From a virus: a stretch of DNA of 64,000 nt. The translations under genes and the position numbers were made by a program. The notes below the pieces were generated by a model. The model had not been told where the DNA came from, did not search any database, and saw only the letters and a program-made list of their open reading frames with translations. Location: the IMG/VR virus record IMGVR_UViG_3300028844_005363, positions 1-64,000 of that record. One strand, written 5' to 3'. Of this stretch, positions 8,194 to 19,356 are shown one piece after another (position 1 is the first letter of the stretch; the number at the start of each line of letters is the position of its first letter).

Positions 8194-11100
8194 TTATTCA
8201 GTAGCTGCTATCAACGGTAGGGCGGTTAGACCATCTATTGCTTCACCTACTGGATTCAAATTAATCTTACCTATTACATCAGTGAATGGTATGAATGAAT
8301 CCAGTACATCAGGCATATCGACTAACGCAGCTTGGAGGGTAGCTATCTGTAATACTTTGCCTGGATGGTTCAGTATTAAATCAGCTATTACACGTTGTAT
8401 TCTTAGGAAAAACTTAGTAAACATAACCATACCCATATCATTGGCATACTGTAAAGCTACGTGAGTAGGATTATCGTAATCAATGAATGTCTGTACTATA
8501 TCTTGTATAGACTCTTTAGGGTCCATTCCTTTCTTTAGGTTATGCTCATGTAAACTATAACGTGCTACGAAGTCACTCATTTGAGTGGTGTCTCGTAGGA
8601 ATTTATACACACTAGTATCTTGCGCTATAGTGGCAACTTTTAAACCAGTCTTCAAAGAATTAGGTAGTTTATCAGTAACAGGACTTGCCCACTTTTGTAA
8701 CTGATTTTTATATGTGTACGTATCATCCACAGAAGCTAAATCTTCTACGATACTTTGGTACACACCTGCATTAATTAAGTCATTAACTGGATTTACAGCA
8801 ATGCTGTTTTTCAGTCGTGCAATCCTCAATTTAGTCTCCGCAGTACCCTGACCAATCCGAGTTAATCGGTTTAATCGGTCTAACTCTTTAGTATCTCTTT
8901 GATGTTTGTTAGCAGCTCGAACCGCGACAGTATGTGCGTTTACAGCGTCTTTAGGATTAACACCCTTAGCCATAAGCAACAATACATTACTCGCAATATT
9001 ACCCGCTAGTACAACACCACTCCTTACAACAATTACATCTTTAACCAGTTTCATTATTTCTTGCCATACATTTTCAGTCTTTTTAACCCATGGCTTATTG
9101 AGTACACCACCGGCACTGATTAACATATTTCTTAACGCATCGTTAGATACACCTTCAAGAGTTAAGTCTTTACCAATATTCGACACACTCCATTTTCGTT
9201 GACCAAAAATTAGTGGCACTAACGTAGCTGGTACATACATGTTATCGCTTCGCCATACTCTTTTAATTTCCATACGCATCTCTTTAGGAAGCATTTGGTA
9301 TATCTCTTTATAAGCTGGGTCGTGCGAATCAATACCTATTTTAACAAAGTCACTTGGGTCTTTTTGGTATTCAGTTCTGAACTGTTTATAAGCCAGTGAA
9401 ACCACTTCTTTATTAATTTCAGCAGAGTTTTTCTTATCAACAATACTCGCATCCATTACACCCATGTTAGTAACAAAGTCATTGTTCTTATCTAATAGCT
9501 GTTCCTTGGTTTGTTCGTTCATCAAGTAACGGTAAGCGCGCGTTTTACCAGTCTTACCAAGTATAGGAACCAATGGGCTACTACCTGCTTCAACATATGA
9601 AGGAGCATCACTGAATAAAGCTTCAATCATTGCACCTTGTTGGTTTTGGTATCCATCAAAATCTTCACCAGCAATTGCGGCTGCATCATCAATATCTTCA
9701 TACTCAGCAGCACGTATTTGAAACTGCGTTTTACCTTTAGCTTTTTTACTAGTTAATGATGTTGCGCCAGCTTGCCATGTAGTAACCAAACCATCTCTAT
9801 TAACAAACAAGTATCTATCTTCTTGGTTCGGGTCAAGAGGGTCTTTAGGTAATGGATTGTTACCTACACGGAAAAAGTTAGCGTTCTGCATTTCAATAAC
9901 ATCTTCTAAGCTACCAACCTCATAAGTTACATTAGGGTCATAAATTTCTTTAGTGTAGCCCTTTTGCACATTGATAGGATCACCATCAAATAACTCGTTA
10001 AATGCACGTTCGCGGAAATCTTTATTAACAGCAATGGTGAATGTAATACCATTGTTGATTGGATCTCTTGCAAACTCACTAGCTACCAAACTTCTAAGCT
10101 CTTTTATCTGAGTAGGATTGGTTTTCTGTAAAGCAATCAATGATGCTAAGTAATCTATCGTTGTTTCTGCAGCTTCAACATTACCTTCAATAGTTACTTC
10201 GGCGTTATCTAAACCATATAGATTAGCTATTACGTGAGCATTCATTTTACCTAAGTTTTCTGTATGCACACCGGTAGCCATATAACTTCCTAAACTAGTA
10301 GCCATTTTACGGTAGTAGTTTTTATTGCCTGGATAATCATTTTCAAGCTTTCTGGTTAAACGACCTATCTCTTTACTTAACTTTTCAGATGACTCTATGA
10401 AACCACGTATTTGATTCATTGAATAATCACCATCATCAAGTAAAGATGAAATTTCTGTTTTCAATAAACCCTTTAGTACAGCCGTTCGTTTTTCAGCAGT
10501 AAGAACACCTTCCTCAAAGTTATCTACTAGATGCCCCTCAACAGCCTTTGCAGCAGCCAAACGTGTTTGGTCTACCATTTTATTAGCTATTCGATTCATC
10601 ACTTCCCAAGGACGTGACAGCTTATCAGAACCAGCAATCTCCCTAGCAATACTACCTAATAGATTTTTTTCAGTCATACCCATACGCTTACTCATATCAC
10701 GTAATGCAACTGCGTAGGCAGGAGCTTTAGTATGTAAGGCACTCTTAGCGGCATTCGCTAAATTAGCTACCGGTTTTATAGCCTGAGCTGGTTTGCTCTT
10801 TAGAATGGCTGTCAGTGGCGCTACTGCCCATAATGCAGTTGCTTTAACCTTTGCATCCAATGCTGTGGTAGCTCTATCGTAAGTAGCTGCAATAGTACCT
10901 TTCTTGGTATTATCCACACTTGCTAACGCATGAGCCATCTGCATCATAGCTTCACTGCCATTCAGATTTTTAGTACCAGTAATGCGTTGCCCTAGTTGAT
11001 CAGCTAGTCTTTCCACAATTTTCAAGAATGTAGAAGTAATGTCACCTGCCCAGATATTTTTCCATAAGCTATTTGCAGGTGCTACGGTCATATCCACTTT

Positions 11101-14100
11101 ATCTAAGGCATTCATGAATGCACGGTTAGTTGTACCAAATACCAAAAATTCATGTAGGTATGAGTTTCTACCAACACTGTCATTATTAGTATTGTTATAA
11201 ATATAATCATAACGTAACTGTGCCGCTGCTAATTCAGTAGGGTAACTTAATGACTGTTCGGTAATTACCACACCATCTCTGTCAACCATTTGGTTAGCAG
11301 AATTAATGTTTATGAAGTCTTTAGCTGTAATCTCCTTACGACTAATTTCCCACATCTTTTCTAACTGACGCGAAACCAAACTATTAGCATTAATACCTAT
11401 CTGTGTAACGTGATGCAGTAATTCATGTAAGTAAGTTTCTTGTGCACTCATTTGAGTACCGTTGGCTAACATACCACGTCCAATGTTTAAGAATACTTTA
11501 TCGTTTTGGATAGCACCTACAGTAGTGTTACCACCTGAACGAACATGCAGCTTAATCGGGTCCATTACTTTATTAACTAACGTACCAAGTAATTTCTCTA
11601 AATGCTTAGTGTGAGTAATAGGGTCACTTACATTACCTACTTTACCTAGCACATTGAATATCTGTTCAGAGTTCATGGCATCTACTTCGCGAGTACTTGA
11701 AGCCACAAAGTTCTCTATATCAATACTAGATACACCGTCAGAAAATAATGTACCTTGGTTTTCATCTACAGGTCGTCTTAAAACAACAGTTGTTACATCC
11801 GTGTCTGTAGAGAACAAATCAACTACCGTATACTCACTAGTCGCATTAACAGCATCGGTGATGTACTCGTAGTTAACTTCTTTTAGAAAGTTTTCCCCAA
11901 TCGTTACATTAGTGTCGTTGGCTATAGCACCATCAGGCATAGATATTTGCACATCAACTGGTACTACTTGCAAGTCATCCAATACTAAAGCTAACTGGTT
12001 CGCTCGCTCTGCTTCATACACTTCTAAGTTATTAAAGTTAATCTCAAACTCATTGCGTAATGTCCCAAGAAGTCTACGCCCTTTTCTAGTGTCCAAAGAC
12101 TCAACAGCCTTATCTACTTCGTCCAAAAACTCTTTAGCAGTTTCTTTAGAGTAAATACTTTTAGCAGTACGTTTAGGTGCGCGCTCTCCCGGTTTAGGTA
12201 TGTTGAACGTTTCAAGAAATTCAGCTTCCACTTCTTGAAAACCTAATTCAGTTAACGAAGGTAAGTTAGTTTTATATGCACCACCTTCCCCTTTATTGTA
12301 CTGCTGTACTACTGCAATTTTGTTTTTAATAACTGCGCGGTACTGCTGCGTTTCTTGCTGCATTACTTTAAGAGCAACTGACATATTAGGCAGTTCTTCA
12401 AAATCTGCAGGGAACATAGAAGCATACGCGTCAAGTACTCTTGAATGCATCTCTGCTATGTTGTCTACGATACTAAAATCACTCATGGCAACATCAGTCA
12501 TAGCCTTATTAAAAGTCTCAGTGCCTTTTTCTACATCATTAAGTGAGAATATTAAGGCATCATGTACGTTAACCGCAGCGTACTCAGCCATGGTTAAATA
12601 CATAGTAGCAGCATCCATACCATGTACTTGACCAACTACAGCATTAGGACCAGCATCTTCAAATGTTTGGTTATAAGACATAGAGTTTAATGAACCAACT
12701 GGCTTAGTAGGTTTATTTGTTTGGTGCGTACCTGTGTGACCACGTTCATTGTATGAATGAGGTTTGCTGTACTTATACTCGATACGAGATGTAGCATCCT
12801 TGGTTACAATGTTTTCTTTGCCTACAGGCATGAAACCATCTTCAACACTTTCAGAAAAATAGTTAGCCATTATAGGCATTACATTTTTAAGGTCGCGCTC
12901 TATTTCTAAATAATCTTCTTGGCTCAAGTCTACAAAGTTAGGGTCTAGTGCTTTACGTTCAGCCTTCTCTGACTCTATGCGCGCATGGTACATTTTCTTA
13001 AACATAGTGGTTGCTTCGCTAACGGCATTCACCAACAATTTACGCGACTCTACGAATGTACCAAACTTCTCATCCATTGCTGTTTCTAGCGGTGCGCCAA
13101 AGTAGTCGCTTACCGTATCTACAAAATTAGCAACGTCTACTTCATCAGTTAAGCCAACTTTCTTATCTAATTTAACTCGTTTACCTACAACGGTGTTTAC
13201 TGCATTACGAAGTTCTTCAACACGTGCACGTGCCTTTGCACCTTCTGCTTTGGCTTCTGCTCGTTTGTCGAAGTTTTTAAGTGCTAGTACGCCTTTGTTA
13301 GAAGCTATGAACTTATCAGTTACTTCTATAGTAGCTAGGTTCTTAGCAATCTCTTCATGCAGCTTATCCAGTACAGTCATAGAGAAGTTGGCTATAATTT
13401 TCTTAATAGCAGCACCGTAGTTAGAAGTCATTAGTGGGTCTTTAGCCAATTGACGACCTAACTTAGTTACTACATCTAAAGCAGAAGAAGACTCTTTATC
13501 TTCTATAAACGAACCTACTATAGTTTCTAAAGCATTAAGCTTGTTAAGATTTACCTTGTTCTTTTTAAGGCGTTGCACAGCGCGCTGCTCACCTTTTGTA
13601 AGGTTATCGTAACCAACACCTGTAGTGATCACCTTTTTTAATTCTTTAAACGCATTAGTCCAGCCTAGTGAAATATCTTCATAGCTATCATAGTTGCCTG
13701 GTTGTTCACGCCATTTAGCATATGTCATATCTGGATCAGTAAACATACCAGTACGTGCAAGCATGGTTTCAAGTTGTGACCATGTAGATGCACCTACTAT
13801 TTGAAGTAAGCTCAGTGCTACACCATTCGTTAAACCATCAACCTCACGACCGATGTCAGTAACAAACGATGTCTCGCCATTAGCATAGGCACGTTTCTGT
13901 GAAGCCAATGCAGATATACCATCTAGGCTAAACATGTTGTTACCACCTGCTTGGATACCAGCAAGTAAGGCTGCTTGGTTCTCAGGAGTATGCCCCCAAT
14001 CTTCAATAGCGATATATGCATCAACAGCTTCTTGTATTACTGGCTTATCAATAGTGCTTCTCGCAGATGCAACACCAGCAGCAATTGATTCTTTATCTGG

Positions 14101-17100
14101 TGATGTGCCTAATGCTTCACCTACGGCGATATAGAAGTTATCCATCAGTTGTAGGTCTGACTTACCAATCTTCACTGTGAATGACTCAGGCGCTATTACA
14201 TGCCTATGGTTCTTATCTGTTTGAATATTGATAGTGTTTGATGCAATACCCATTCGGAAGTTTTTCCATACCACATGCATGAAGTAGAACGGTGATGTTT
14301 TATCCGCACTACCATCCCAGAAATCACGCATATGCTGTAAGCCACGAATCTTAGCTTCGTTGTTACGTAGTATAGAATTATGGTTTAGTGCATGCTCACC
14401 TGATAGGTCATGTTGTACCCCGCCGATCACTTCTTGAGCTTCTTCATCAAGTGACAGCAATACACCCATTAAACCAGTCTTCCAAGTATGCTTAGTGTGT
14501 GACGATTTCTCAGCAATCTTTTTAATTTTGCTTGGGATATTCTGATCACTAGCTAAAAGCTTCTCCTGCACAAACTCAGGAGGAGTATCATGTGGTGCTG
14601 TTACAGTTGACTCAACATCAAATAGTTTCTCCATTAGCTTACGTCCTGATGTCATATCAGTAGTAAAGCGAGTTAGTGAAGCTGCCGGTGTAAATTTATT
14701 TACACTAGACTCAGCAACGTTAATAAACTTAGTGTTTTCAACTGAACCAGTTACAGTAGGTAAGCCTTGCACAAAGTTTAGTGTGTTGTTATTTACCTGA
14801 GTAATTTTTACTAAGCCTTGAGCTTCAAGCACATCAATAATTTGGAAACCAATTGATATTTCCATTTTACCTTTTAGAATAGCTTCGGTAGTTTTAGGTG
14901 CATTGATACCTAACGAGCGTAAATAAGTTTTACCTAGTTGTTCAGCTACAGTACGTAAGTTGTTACCTACATCAGCAAGCAAGTCTTCTTCTAAACGACT
15001 TACTATGTCATCTTGTTTCTTGTCTTTAAGTAGCGCATTAATAGCTGCATCATCATTAACGAAACCATCAAACGCTTTATCACCTAAGTAGTTGTAGGCA
15101 ACGATAGCCATACCAGCAACAATATTACCGTCAGTATTATGACCAGTAATTGTATTAAACAATTCCTGTGATGGATTTCTGCCTGTGTATCGTGGGTCTG
15201 CTTTATTGAATGTAGCTTCAAAGTTCTCACGGAAGTCTTGTGTAAATTCCTGAATATCAAGCAGCTTAGTACGCTCTTCTTCATTAAGGTCTTTAGCTAC
15301 AGCCATATCGCTAATATCTAAATCAAAGAAGTTCTTTTCATTGGCTAAAACACTTTCAGTTTTACGTACTTTAAACTTACTCTTTAGGAATGCATTCTCT
15401 TCCAAAGCACGTTTAATTGTATAAGTAGGGCGCTCCAAAAAGTTCTTAGCTACGCGTAAACCAAAACGCTTAAACGGTGTATTGGCTCGCGCTTCGCTTT
15501 GCCCATTAGCGTAAACTTTAAGACCTGCTGTTACATCACGTAATGCTTGCTCACGGTTCTCAAAAGGTACTTTCTCAACAAACTTTTTAATAGAGTCTAA
15601 AATCTTATCTACTCGTTGTTTGCCGTCAGCTTTTTTAACCTTATTCAATCCAGTAGACAGTGTTTTACGTAGGTTAGCTGTGTTCACATACTGACCAACA
15701 TACTCACGAACAGTATCCAAGGCATCACGTTTGCCTATAGTTTCGTTCTGAATAGCATCTACTTTTGCGTAAAGCTCTTTAGATAATTCTGTATCACCTA
15801 TTTTTTCAGCGAATGCAGCTTGTTCAATAAGAGTAAATAATTCAGGGTTAGCTGATTTAGATGCACGGTTCTTAAGGTCTATGCTAGCAACGCGTCTAAG
15901 CGATTTTAAGGCACGTAATTGTTGTGCTGCCGTAAGTGCTTCACCACTATCTAATATGCCTTGTACAGTCTTAGCTGCTTTGCTCTTAGGGAACTGTGAA
16001 ACCAACTCATTAGTCTCAGTAGTCTGTATTGCTTGAGTTGCTTCATAAGCATCTTTTGCTTTTGTTGAGCCAGATTCTAAATCAGTCAATACATTAAGTG
16101 CTGTAGCTAATGAACCATAACGCTTAACTAACTCACGGTTAGCTAATTCAGTTTGTTTAAATGCATTCTTACTTTCAGATGCAAAGCGTACTGATGTATC
16201 AAAAGCTTCCTTTAATTCAAGGTCAGGCATTACAGCGAAGTCAGTAGCAATATTACTTGGTACGTCAGCGGCAGTAATCTCAGGTGTTGAGTCATTGTTG
16301 ATAGTGATACCAGCTTCGGCTACAGCAGCTTCCCATTCAGCAGTAACCGCAGCATCACTTTCTGATATTGGCGTACTATCAATCGCAGCTTCTACAGATT
16401 TAGTTGTAGCTTCTGATGTTGTAACCACCGGCACTACTTCACCATTAGGTGTGATAGGTGCAGCTTCTGTTACTTTTGGTTTATTACCAAATTTTTTCTG
16501 CATCATTAATGACGCTTCTGATAGTGCATGTTTAAGTGCAAAAGCTTCTGCTTTCGTAGCAGCTACTAATTTACCAGTAGTATTATCAATAGTGATACCG
16601 GTCTTCTCAGCTATACGTGCAACTTCTGGGTCATTAGGATTTTTCTTATAAGCAGCAAAACCTTGTTTAAGTGCCAGGTACTTTGCCATGTGACCTTTAG
16701 CAAATGATGCAAAATTATTTATGGCAGATGTTGCACCGGCAGTGTCATTATTATCAGTGGCTAATTGGATCACGTTCATGTGATCAACTAAACCCATATT
16801 AGTCTCACTACCCTCAAACACTTCACGATTTACTTCTTCAAGTGTTTTGGCTTGCTCTACTGCTTGTTGAGTAGATACATATGATTTAATACGCGAGGTA
16901 GTTTCAGCAGTTAAACCATCTGCTTTAAGTAAGTCACTTGCTTGCTCTGATGAAGGAGCTGAGTTTAATACTTGGTTCGCAGTACTGTTAGCATCCGTTG
17001 GGTTACTAATTTCAGCAATAGAAGTAATTGCAGCAGCCAAGTCTTCTGAGCTTAATTCATCAAAGCGTTTCATCTGACCAACAGCTTTAATGTACTGAAC

Positions 17101-19263
17101 CATCTTGGCTTGCTTTGCGGCTACAGCTTGTTGGTCTTCAGGGGTTGCTATTGCATCTGTCTCAGCAGTAACTTCTTTATACAAGTTAGTTATGTGAGTA
17201 CCTACTTCCTGAATTTTTTCAGCAAGTGGTTTGTCTGGATTACTTTCCAATACTTTACGTGACAACAATACAGCCAATGCATCTTCTGCTTTGTACGTAT
17301 CTTTAGTGCTATCTAAAATAGCCGCCGTGTTACCTGATGCAATTGCTGATTCAACGCGCGCAGTACGTTTGATTGATTCAGGAACCAAAGTAGATGCATT
17401 AGGTACGTCTATTTTATCTAGCACCTTTTTAACCGCAGTGCCTACTTTAACTAGGTCTTGTGTACCACCAGATACTACGCCCGCACCAGCACCAGTAAGT
17501 CCACCAGCTAAGCTACCCGCAGCAATACCAGCACCAGTACCTTTAGTAATACCAACATCTTTATCAGCAAATACTTTTACAGCAGTGTTAGCTGTAGTTT
17601 GACCTAGACCAGACTGACCAGCTTCCTCAAGCGTTTCGCGTATAGCACCTGCCGCAGGTTGGGTTAGTATTTTAGGTATCGCTTTATCTAAACCACCAAG
17701 TCCTGTAAGTAAATTACCTTCAAATTTTGAAGCACCTGTTGCCTTAGAAATTAAACCAGCACCTAAACCTACCATTACTAATGTAGTGTCAAAGGTTCTT
17801 TTTGATAGTTCCATACGAGCATCTTCAAAGCTCATACCTTCTTTACGTAAATCTTGGTACTGAATATTAGATGATAGTGTTTCTTCTGATTTACCAAGTA
17901 CTCTCGCCTTAGCATCTACCGCATTAGACAAACCTTCTGATGCACTTACATAAGCCAAGTTGGCTCTTGATGCAGCTTTACTTAACGCAGCCTTACCCAC
18001 ATCACTAGCTTTATAAGCAGTAATTTCAGCAGCAGATAAACCACTAAGTTTAGATGCTTGAGCAGCTTTACCTACAGCACCACCAGCAAATAGTTGAAGT
18101 GAGCTTTCTAAAGCCACATCGTATAAAGCTAGCTTATTGGTTTTGTAGCTCTCGAGTGCCGCCCCAATATCACCACCAAGGTCAACAACACTAGCGCCAA
18201 GTTCTGAGTAACCTTGATTAAGCATTTTCTCAATACGAACTTCGCGACCTTCGTCACGTATTTGACCAGAGCGAGCCACTTCTTCTAATTCAGATTTAAC
18301 CTGATCACTATTAAAGTTATCGGTAATAAATTCACGCGCTTGGTTAAAATTTTGTGATAGCGCTTGGTCATTACCAGTAAGCTTTTTATTAATACGACTA
18401 GATATAGCATCTAAACTATCTGGTTTTAAATCAGTACCGGCTAATTGGTCTACAGCACCTAATGCTTCGCTTACTGGATTCTTTCTTGATAACAGATCAA
18501 GTGCACCGTAAGCCATCTGTCCTAAACCTAAAGCACCTTTAGCACCTACAGCAGTAGCAATATCCTGATTTACTTCTAAGTCTGTTCTAGGCTCGCGTAG
18601 GTCTTTACCTTTGATAACAGCATCACGATGTTTAGAAACAGCGGCATCTAGTTCACGGATACGCTTTTCACTAGGTGTTAAGCCACGTGTCTCATCATAG
18701 TCAGGTGACACTTCTTGAGTAGGTTTGTACTTACTAATATTTTCAGGCGTAGCTGGGGCTACTCTTGTTAGTGTAGTTGGTGTACCTTCATGCGTATTCT
18801 GCTGATAAATATCAAGACCTTTAGTTACATACTGAGGTGTTTTCTCAAAAGGTGCCGTGACAGTATCAAATGCTGCTTTAGCATAAGCAAAACCATTATT
18901 GGTAGTTGGTTCATTTGTTGGTTCAGGTGCTTGTGCAACTACAGGGCGCTCAATATTTGGAGGTGTGAATGTAGGTATGCGTTGCACGTTCGGTGCAATA
19001 TCAGTTTGTGCAAACAATTGTTGCTCACCTTCTGCATAAGGTCTTGATTCAGGCACTACGTCTACAGGACGTTCAATAGCAGGTGCATTAGCTTCAGGGT
19101 TCATGTGATTTACAATGTCAGCAAGCATATCTGCATTTACATTTAGTGTACCGCGCTCGCCAGCACCCTGAATATTACTTGCAGTTTTTATTACATCTTC
19201 GGGTGACATACCACGGGCAATTAGTGTTTGTGCAATATCTCTGGTGCTTGGGGTGTTCGCCAT
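8194..19263 (-). CDS. Virion-encapsidated RNA polymerase (N4 gp50-like vRNAP)
   Basis: 3689 aa, no Cys seen. Motif A EVDGLTNG, motif B RQLAKDPLMTSNYG, motif C NVHDA; C-terminal HELLH; ending QMSDFVARY...FIDYD; SD AGGAG. Confidence 0.97.
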   Translation of the reverse strand: MANTPSTRDIAQTLIARGMSPEDVIKTASNIQGAGERGTLNVNADMLADIVNHMNPEANAPAIERPVDVVPESRPYAEGEQQLFAQTDIAPNVQRIPTFTPPNIERPVVAQAPEPTNEPTTNNGFAYAKAAFDTVTAPFEKTPQYVTKGLDIYQQNTHEGTPTTLTRVAPATPENISKYKPTQEVSPDYDETRGLTPSEKRIRELDAAVSKHRDAVIKGKDLREPRTDLEVNQDIATAVGAKGALGLGQMAYGALDLLSRKNPVSEALGAVDQLAGTDLKPDSLDAISSRINKKLTGNDQALSQNFNQAREFITDNFNSDQVKSELEEVARSGQIRDEGREVRIEKMLNQGYSELGASVVDLGGDIGAALESYKTNKLALYDVALESSLQLFAGGAVGKAAQASKLSGLSAAEITAYKASDVGKAALSKAASRANLAYVSASEGLSNAVDAKARVLGKSEETLSSNIQYQDLRKEGMSFEDARMELSKRTFDTTLVMVGLGAGLISKATGASKFEGNLLTGLGGLDKAIPKILTQPAAGAIRETLEEAGQSGLGQTTANTAVKVFADKDVGITKGTGAGIAAGSLAGGLTGAGAGVVSGGTQDLVKVGTAVKKVLDKIDVPNASTLVPESIKRTARVESAIASGNTAAILDSTKDTYKAEDALAVLLSRKVLESNPDKPLAEKIQEVGTHITNLYKEVTAETDAIATPEDQQAVAAKQAKMVQYIKAVGQMKRFDELSSEDLAAAITSIAEISNPTDANSTANQVLNSAPSSEQASDLLKADGLTAETTSRIKSYVSTQQAVEQAKTLEEVNREVFEGSETNMGLVDHMNVIQLATDNNDTAGATSAINNFASFAKGHMAKYLALKQGFAAYKKNPNDPEVARIAEKTGITIDNTTGKLVAATKAEAFALKHALSEASLMMQKKFGNKPKVTEAAPITPNGEVVPVVTTSEATTKSVEAAIDSTPISESDAAVTAEWEAAVAEAGITINNDSTPEITAADVPSNIATDFAVMPDLELKEAFDTSVRFASESKNAFKQTELANRELVKRYGSLATALNVLTDLESGSTKAKDAYEATQAIQTTETNELVSQFPKSKAAKTVQGILDSGEALTAAQQLRALKSLRRVASIDLKNRASKSANPELFTLIEQAAFAEKIGDTELSKELYAKVDAIQNETIGKRDALDTVREYVGQYVNTANLRKTLSTGLNKVKKADGKQRVDKILDSIKKFVEKVPFENREQALRDVTAGLKVYANGQSEARANTPFKRFGLRVAKNFLERPTYTIKRALEENAFLKSKFKVRKTESVLANEKNFFDLDISDMAVAKDLNEEERTKLLDIQEFTQDFRENFEATFNKADPRYTGRNPSQELFNTITGHNTDGNIVAGMAIVAYNYLGDKAFDGFVNDDAAINALLKDKKQDDIVSRLEEDLLADVGNNLRTVAEQLGKTYLRSLGINAPKTTEAILKGKMEISIGFQIIDVLEAQGLVKITQVNNNTLNFVQGLPTVTGSVENTKFINVAESSVNKFTPAASLTRFTTDMTSGRKLMEKLFDVESTVTAPHDTPPEFVQEKLLASDQNIPSKIKKIAEKSSHTKHTWKTGLMGVLLSLDEEAQEVIGGVQHDLSGEHALNHNSILRNNEAKIRGLQHMRDFWDGSADKTSPFYFMHVVWKNFRMGIASNTINIQTDKNHRHVIAPESFTVKIGKSDLQLMDNFYIAVGEALGTSPDKESIAAGVASARSTIDKPVIQEAVDAYIAIEDWGHTPENQAALLAGIQAGGNNMFSLDGISALASQKRAYANGETSFVTDIGREVDGLTNGVALSLLQIVGASTWSQLETMLARTGMFTDPDMTYAKWREQPGNYDSYEDISLGWTNAFKELKKVITTGVGYDNLTKGEQRAVQRLKKNKVNLNKLNALETIVGSFIEDKESSSALDVVTKLGRQLAKDPLMTSNYGAAIKKIIANFSMTVLDKLHEEIAKNLATIEVTDKFIASNKGVLALKNFDKRAEAKAEGAKARARVEELRNAVNTVVGKRVKLDKKVGLTDEVDVANFVDTVSDYFGAPLETAMDEKFGTFVESRKLLVNAVSEATTMFKKMYHARIESEKAERKALDPNFVDLSQEDYLEIERDLKNVMPIMANYFSESVEDGFMPVGKENIVTKDATSRIEYKYSKPHSYNERGHTGTHQTNKPTKPVGSLNSMSYNQTFEDAGPNAVVGQVHGMDAATMYLTMAEYAAVNVHDALIFSLNDVEKGTETFNKAMTDVAMSDFSIVDNIAEMHSRVLDAYASMFPADFEELPNMSVALKVMQQETQQYRAVIKNKIAVVQQYNKGEGGAYKTNLPSLTELGFQEVEAEFLETFNIPKPGERAPKRTAKSIYSKETAKEFLDEVDKAVESLDTRKGRRLLGTLRNEFEINFNNLEVYEAERANQLALVLDDLQVVPVDVQISMPDGAIANDTNVTIGENFLKEVNYEYITDAVNATSEYTVVDLFSTDTDVTTVVLRRPVDENQGTLFSDGVSSIDIENFVASSTREVDAMNSEQIFNVLGKVGNVSDPITHTKHLEKLLGTLVNKVMDPIKLHVRSGGNTTVGAIQNDKVFLNIGRGMLANGTQMSAQETYLHELLHHVTQIGINANSLVSRQLEKMWEISRKEITAKDFININSANQMVDRDGVVITEQSLSYPTELAAAQLRYDYIYNNTNNDSVGRNSYLHEFLVFGTTNRAFMNALDKVDMTVAPANSLWKNIWAGDITSTFLKIVERLADQLGQRITGTKNLNGSEAMMQMAHALASVDNTKKGTIAATYDRATTALDAKVKATALWAVAPLTAILKSKPAQAIKPVANLANAAKSALHTKAPAYAVALRDMSKRMGMTEKNLLGSIAREIAGSDKLSRPWEVMNRIANKMVDQTRLAAAKAVEGHLVDNFEEGVLTAEKRTAVLKGLLKTEISSLLDDGDYSMNQIRGFIESSEKLSKEIGRLTRKLENDYPGNKNYYRKMATSLGSYMATGVHTENLGKMNAHVIANLYGLDNAEVTIEGNVEAAETTIDYLASLIALQKTNPTQIKELRSLVASEFARDPINNGITFTIAVNKDFRERAFNELFDGDPINVQKGYTKEIYDPNVTYEVGSLEDVIEMQNANFFRVGNNPLPKDPLDPNQEDRYLFVNRDGLVTTWQAGATSLTSKKAKGKTQFQIRAAEYEDIDDAAAIAGEDFDGYQNQQGAMIEALFSDAPSYVEAGSSPLVPILGKTGKTRAYRYLMNEQTKEQLLDKNNDFVTNMGVMDASIVDKKNSAEINKEVVSLAYKQFRTEYQKDPSDFVKIGIDSHDPAYKEIYQMLPKEMRMEIKRVWRSDNMYVPATLVPLIFGQRKWSVSNIGKDLTLEGVSNDALRNMLISAGGVLNKPWVKKTENVWQEIMKLVKDVIVVRSGVVLAGNIASNVLLLMAKGVNPKDAVNAHTVAVRAANKHQRDTKELDRLNRLTRIGQGTAETKLRIARLKNSIAVNPVNDLINAGVYQSIVEDLASVDDTYTYKNQLQKWASPVTDKLPNSLKTGLKVATIAQDTSVYKFLRDTTQMSDFVARYSLHEHNLKKGMDPKESIQDIVQTFIDYDNPTHVALQYANDMGMVMFTKFFLRIQRVIADLILNHPGKVLQIATLQAALVDMPDVLDSFIPFTDVIGKINLNPVGEAIDGLTALPLIAATE

Positions 19264-19324
19264 AACCGCTCCTAAATAGAGTAGTTAAGCTAACTACCCT
19301 GAAAATAAAATATAGATTCGGGGT

Positions 19325-19330
19325 AGTGTA
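19325..19330 (-). promoter_or_regulatory. Putative late -10 box (TACACT) upstream of vRNAP
   Basis: Resembles the TATACT boxes upstream of other late units. Confidence 0.35.
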
Positions 19331-19356
19331 TTACTATTAACTAAATTTTGTTAGTC

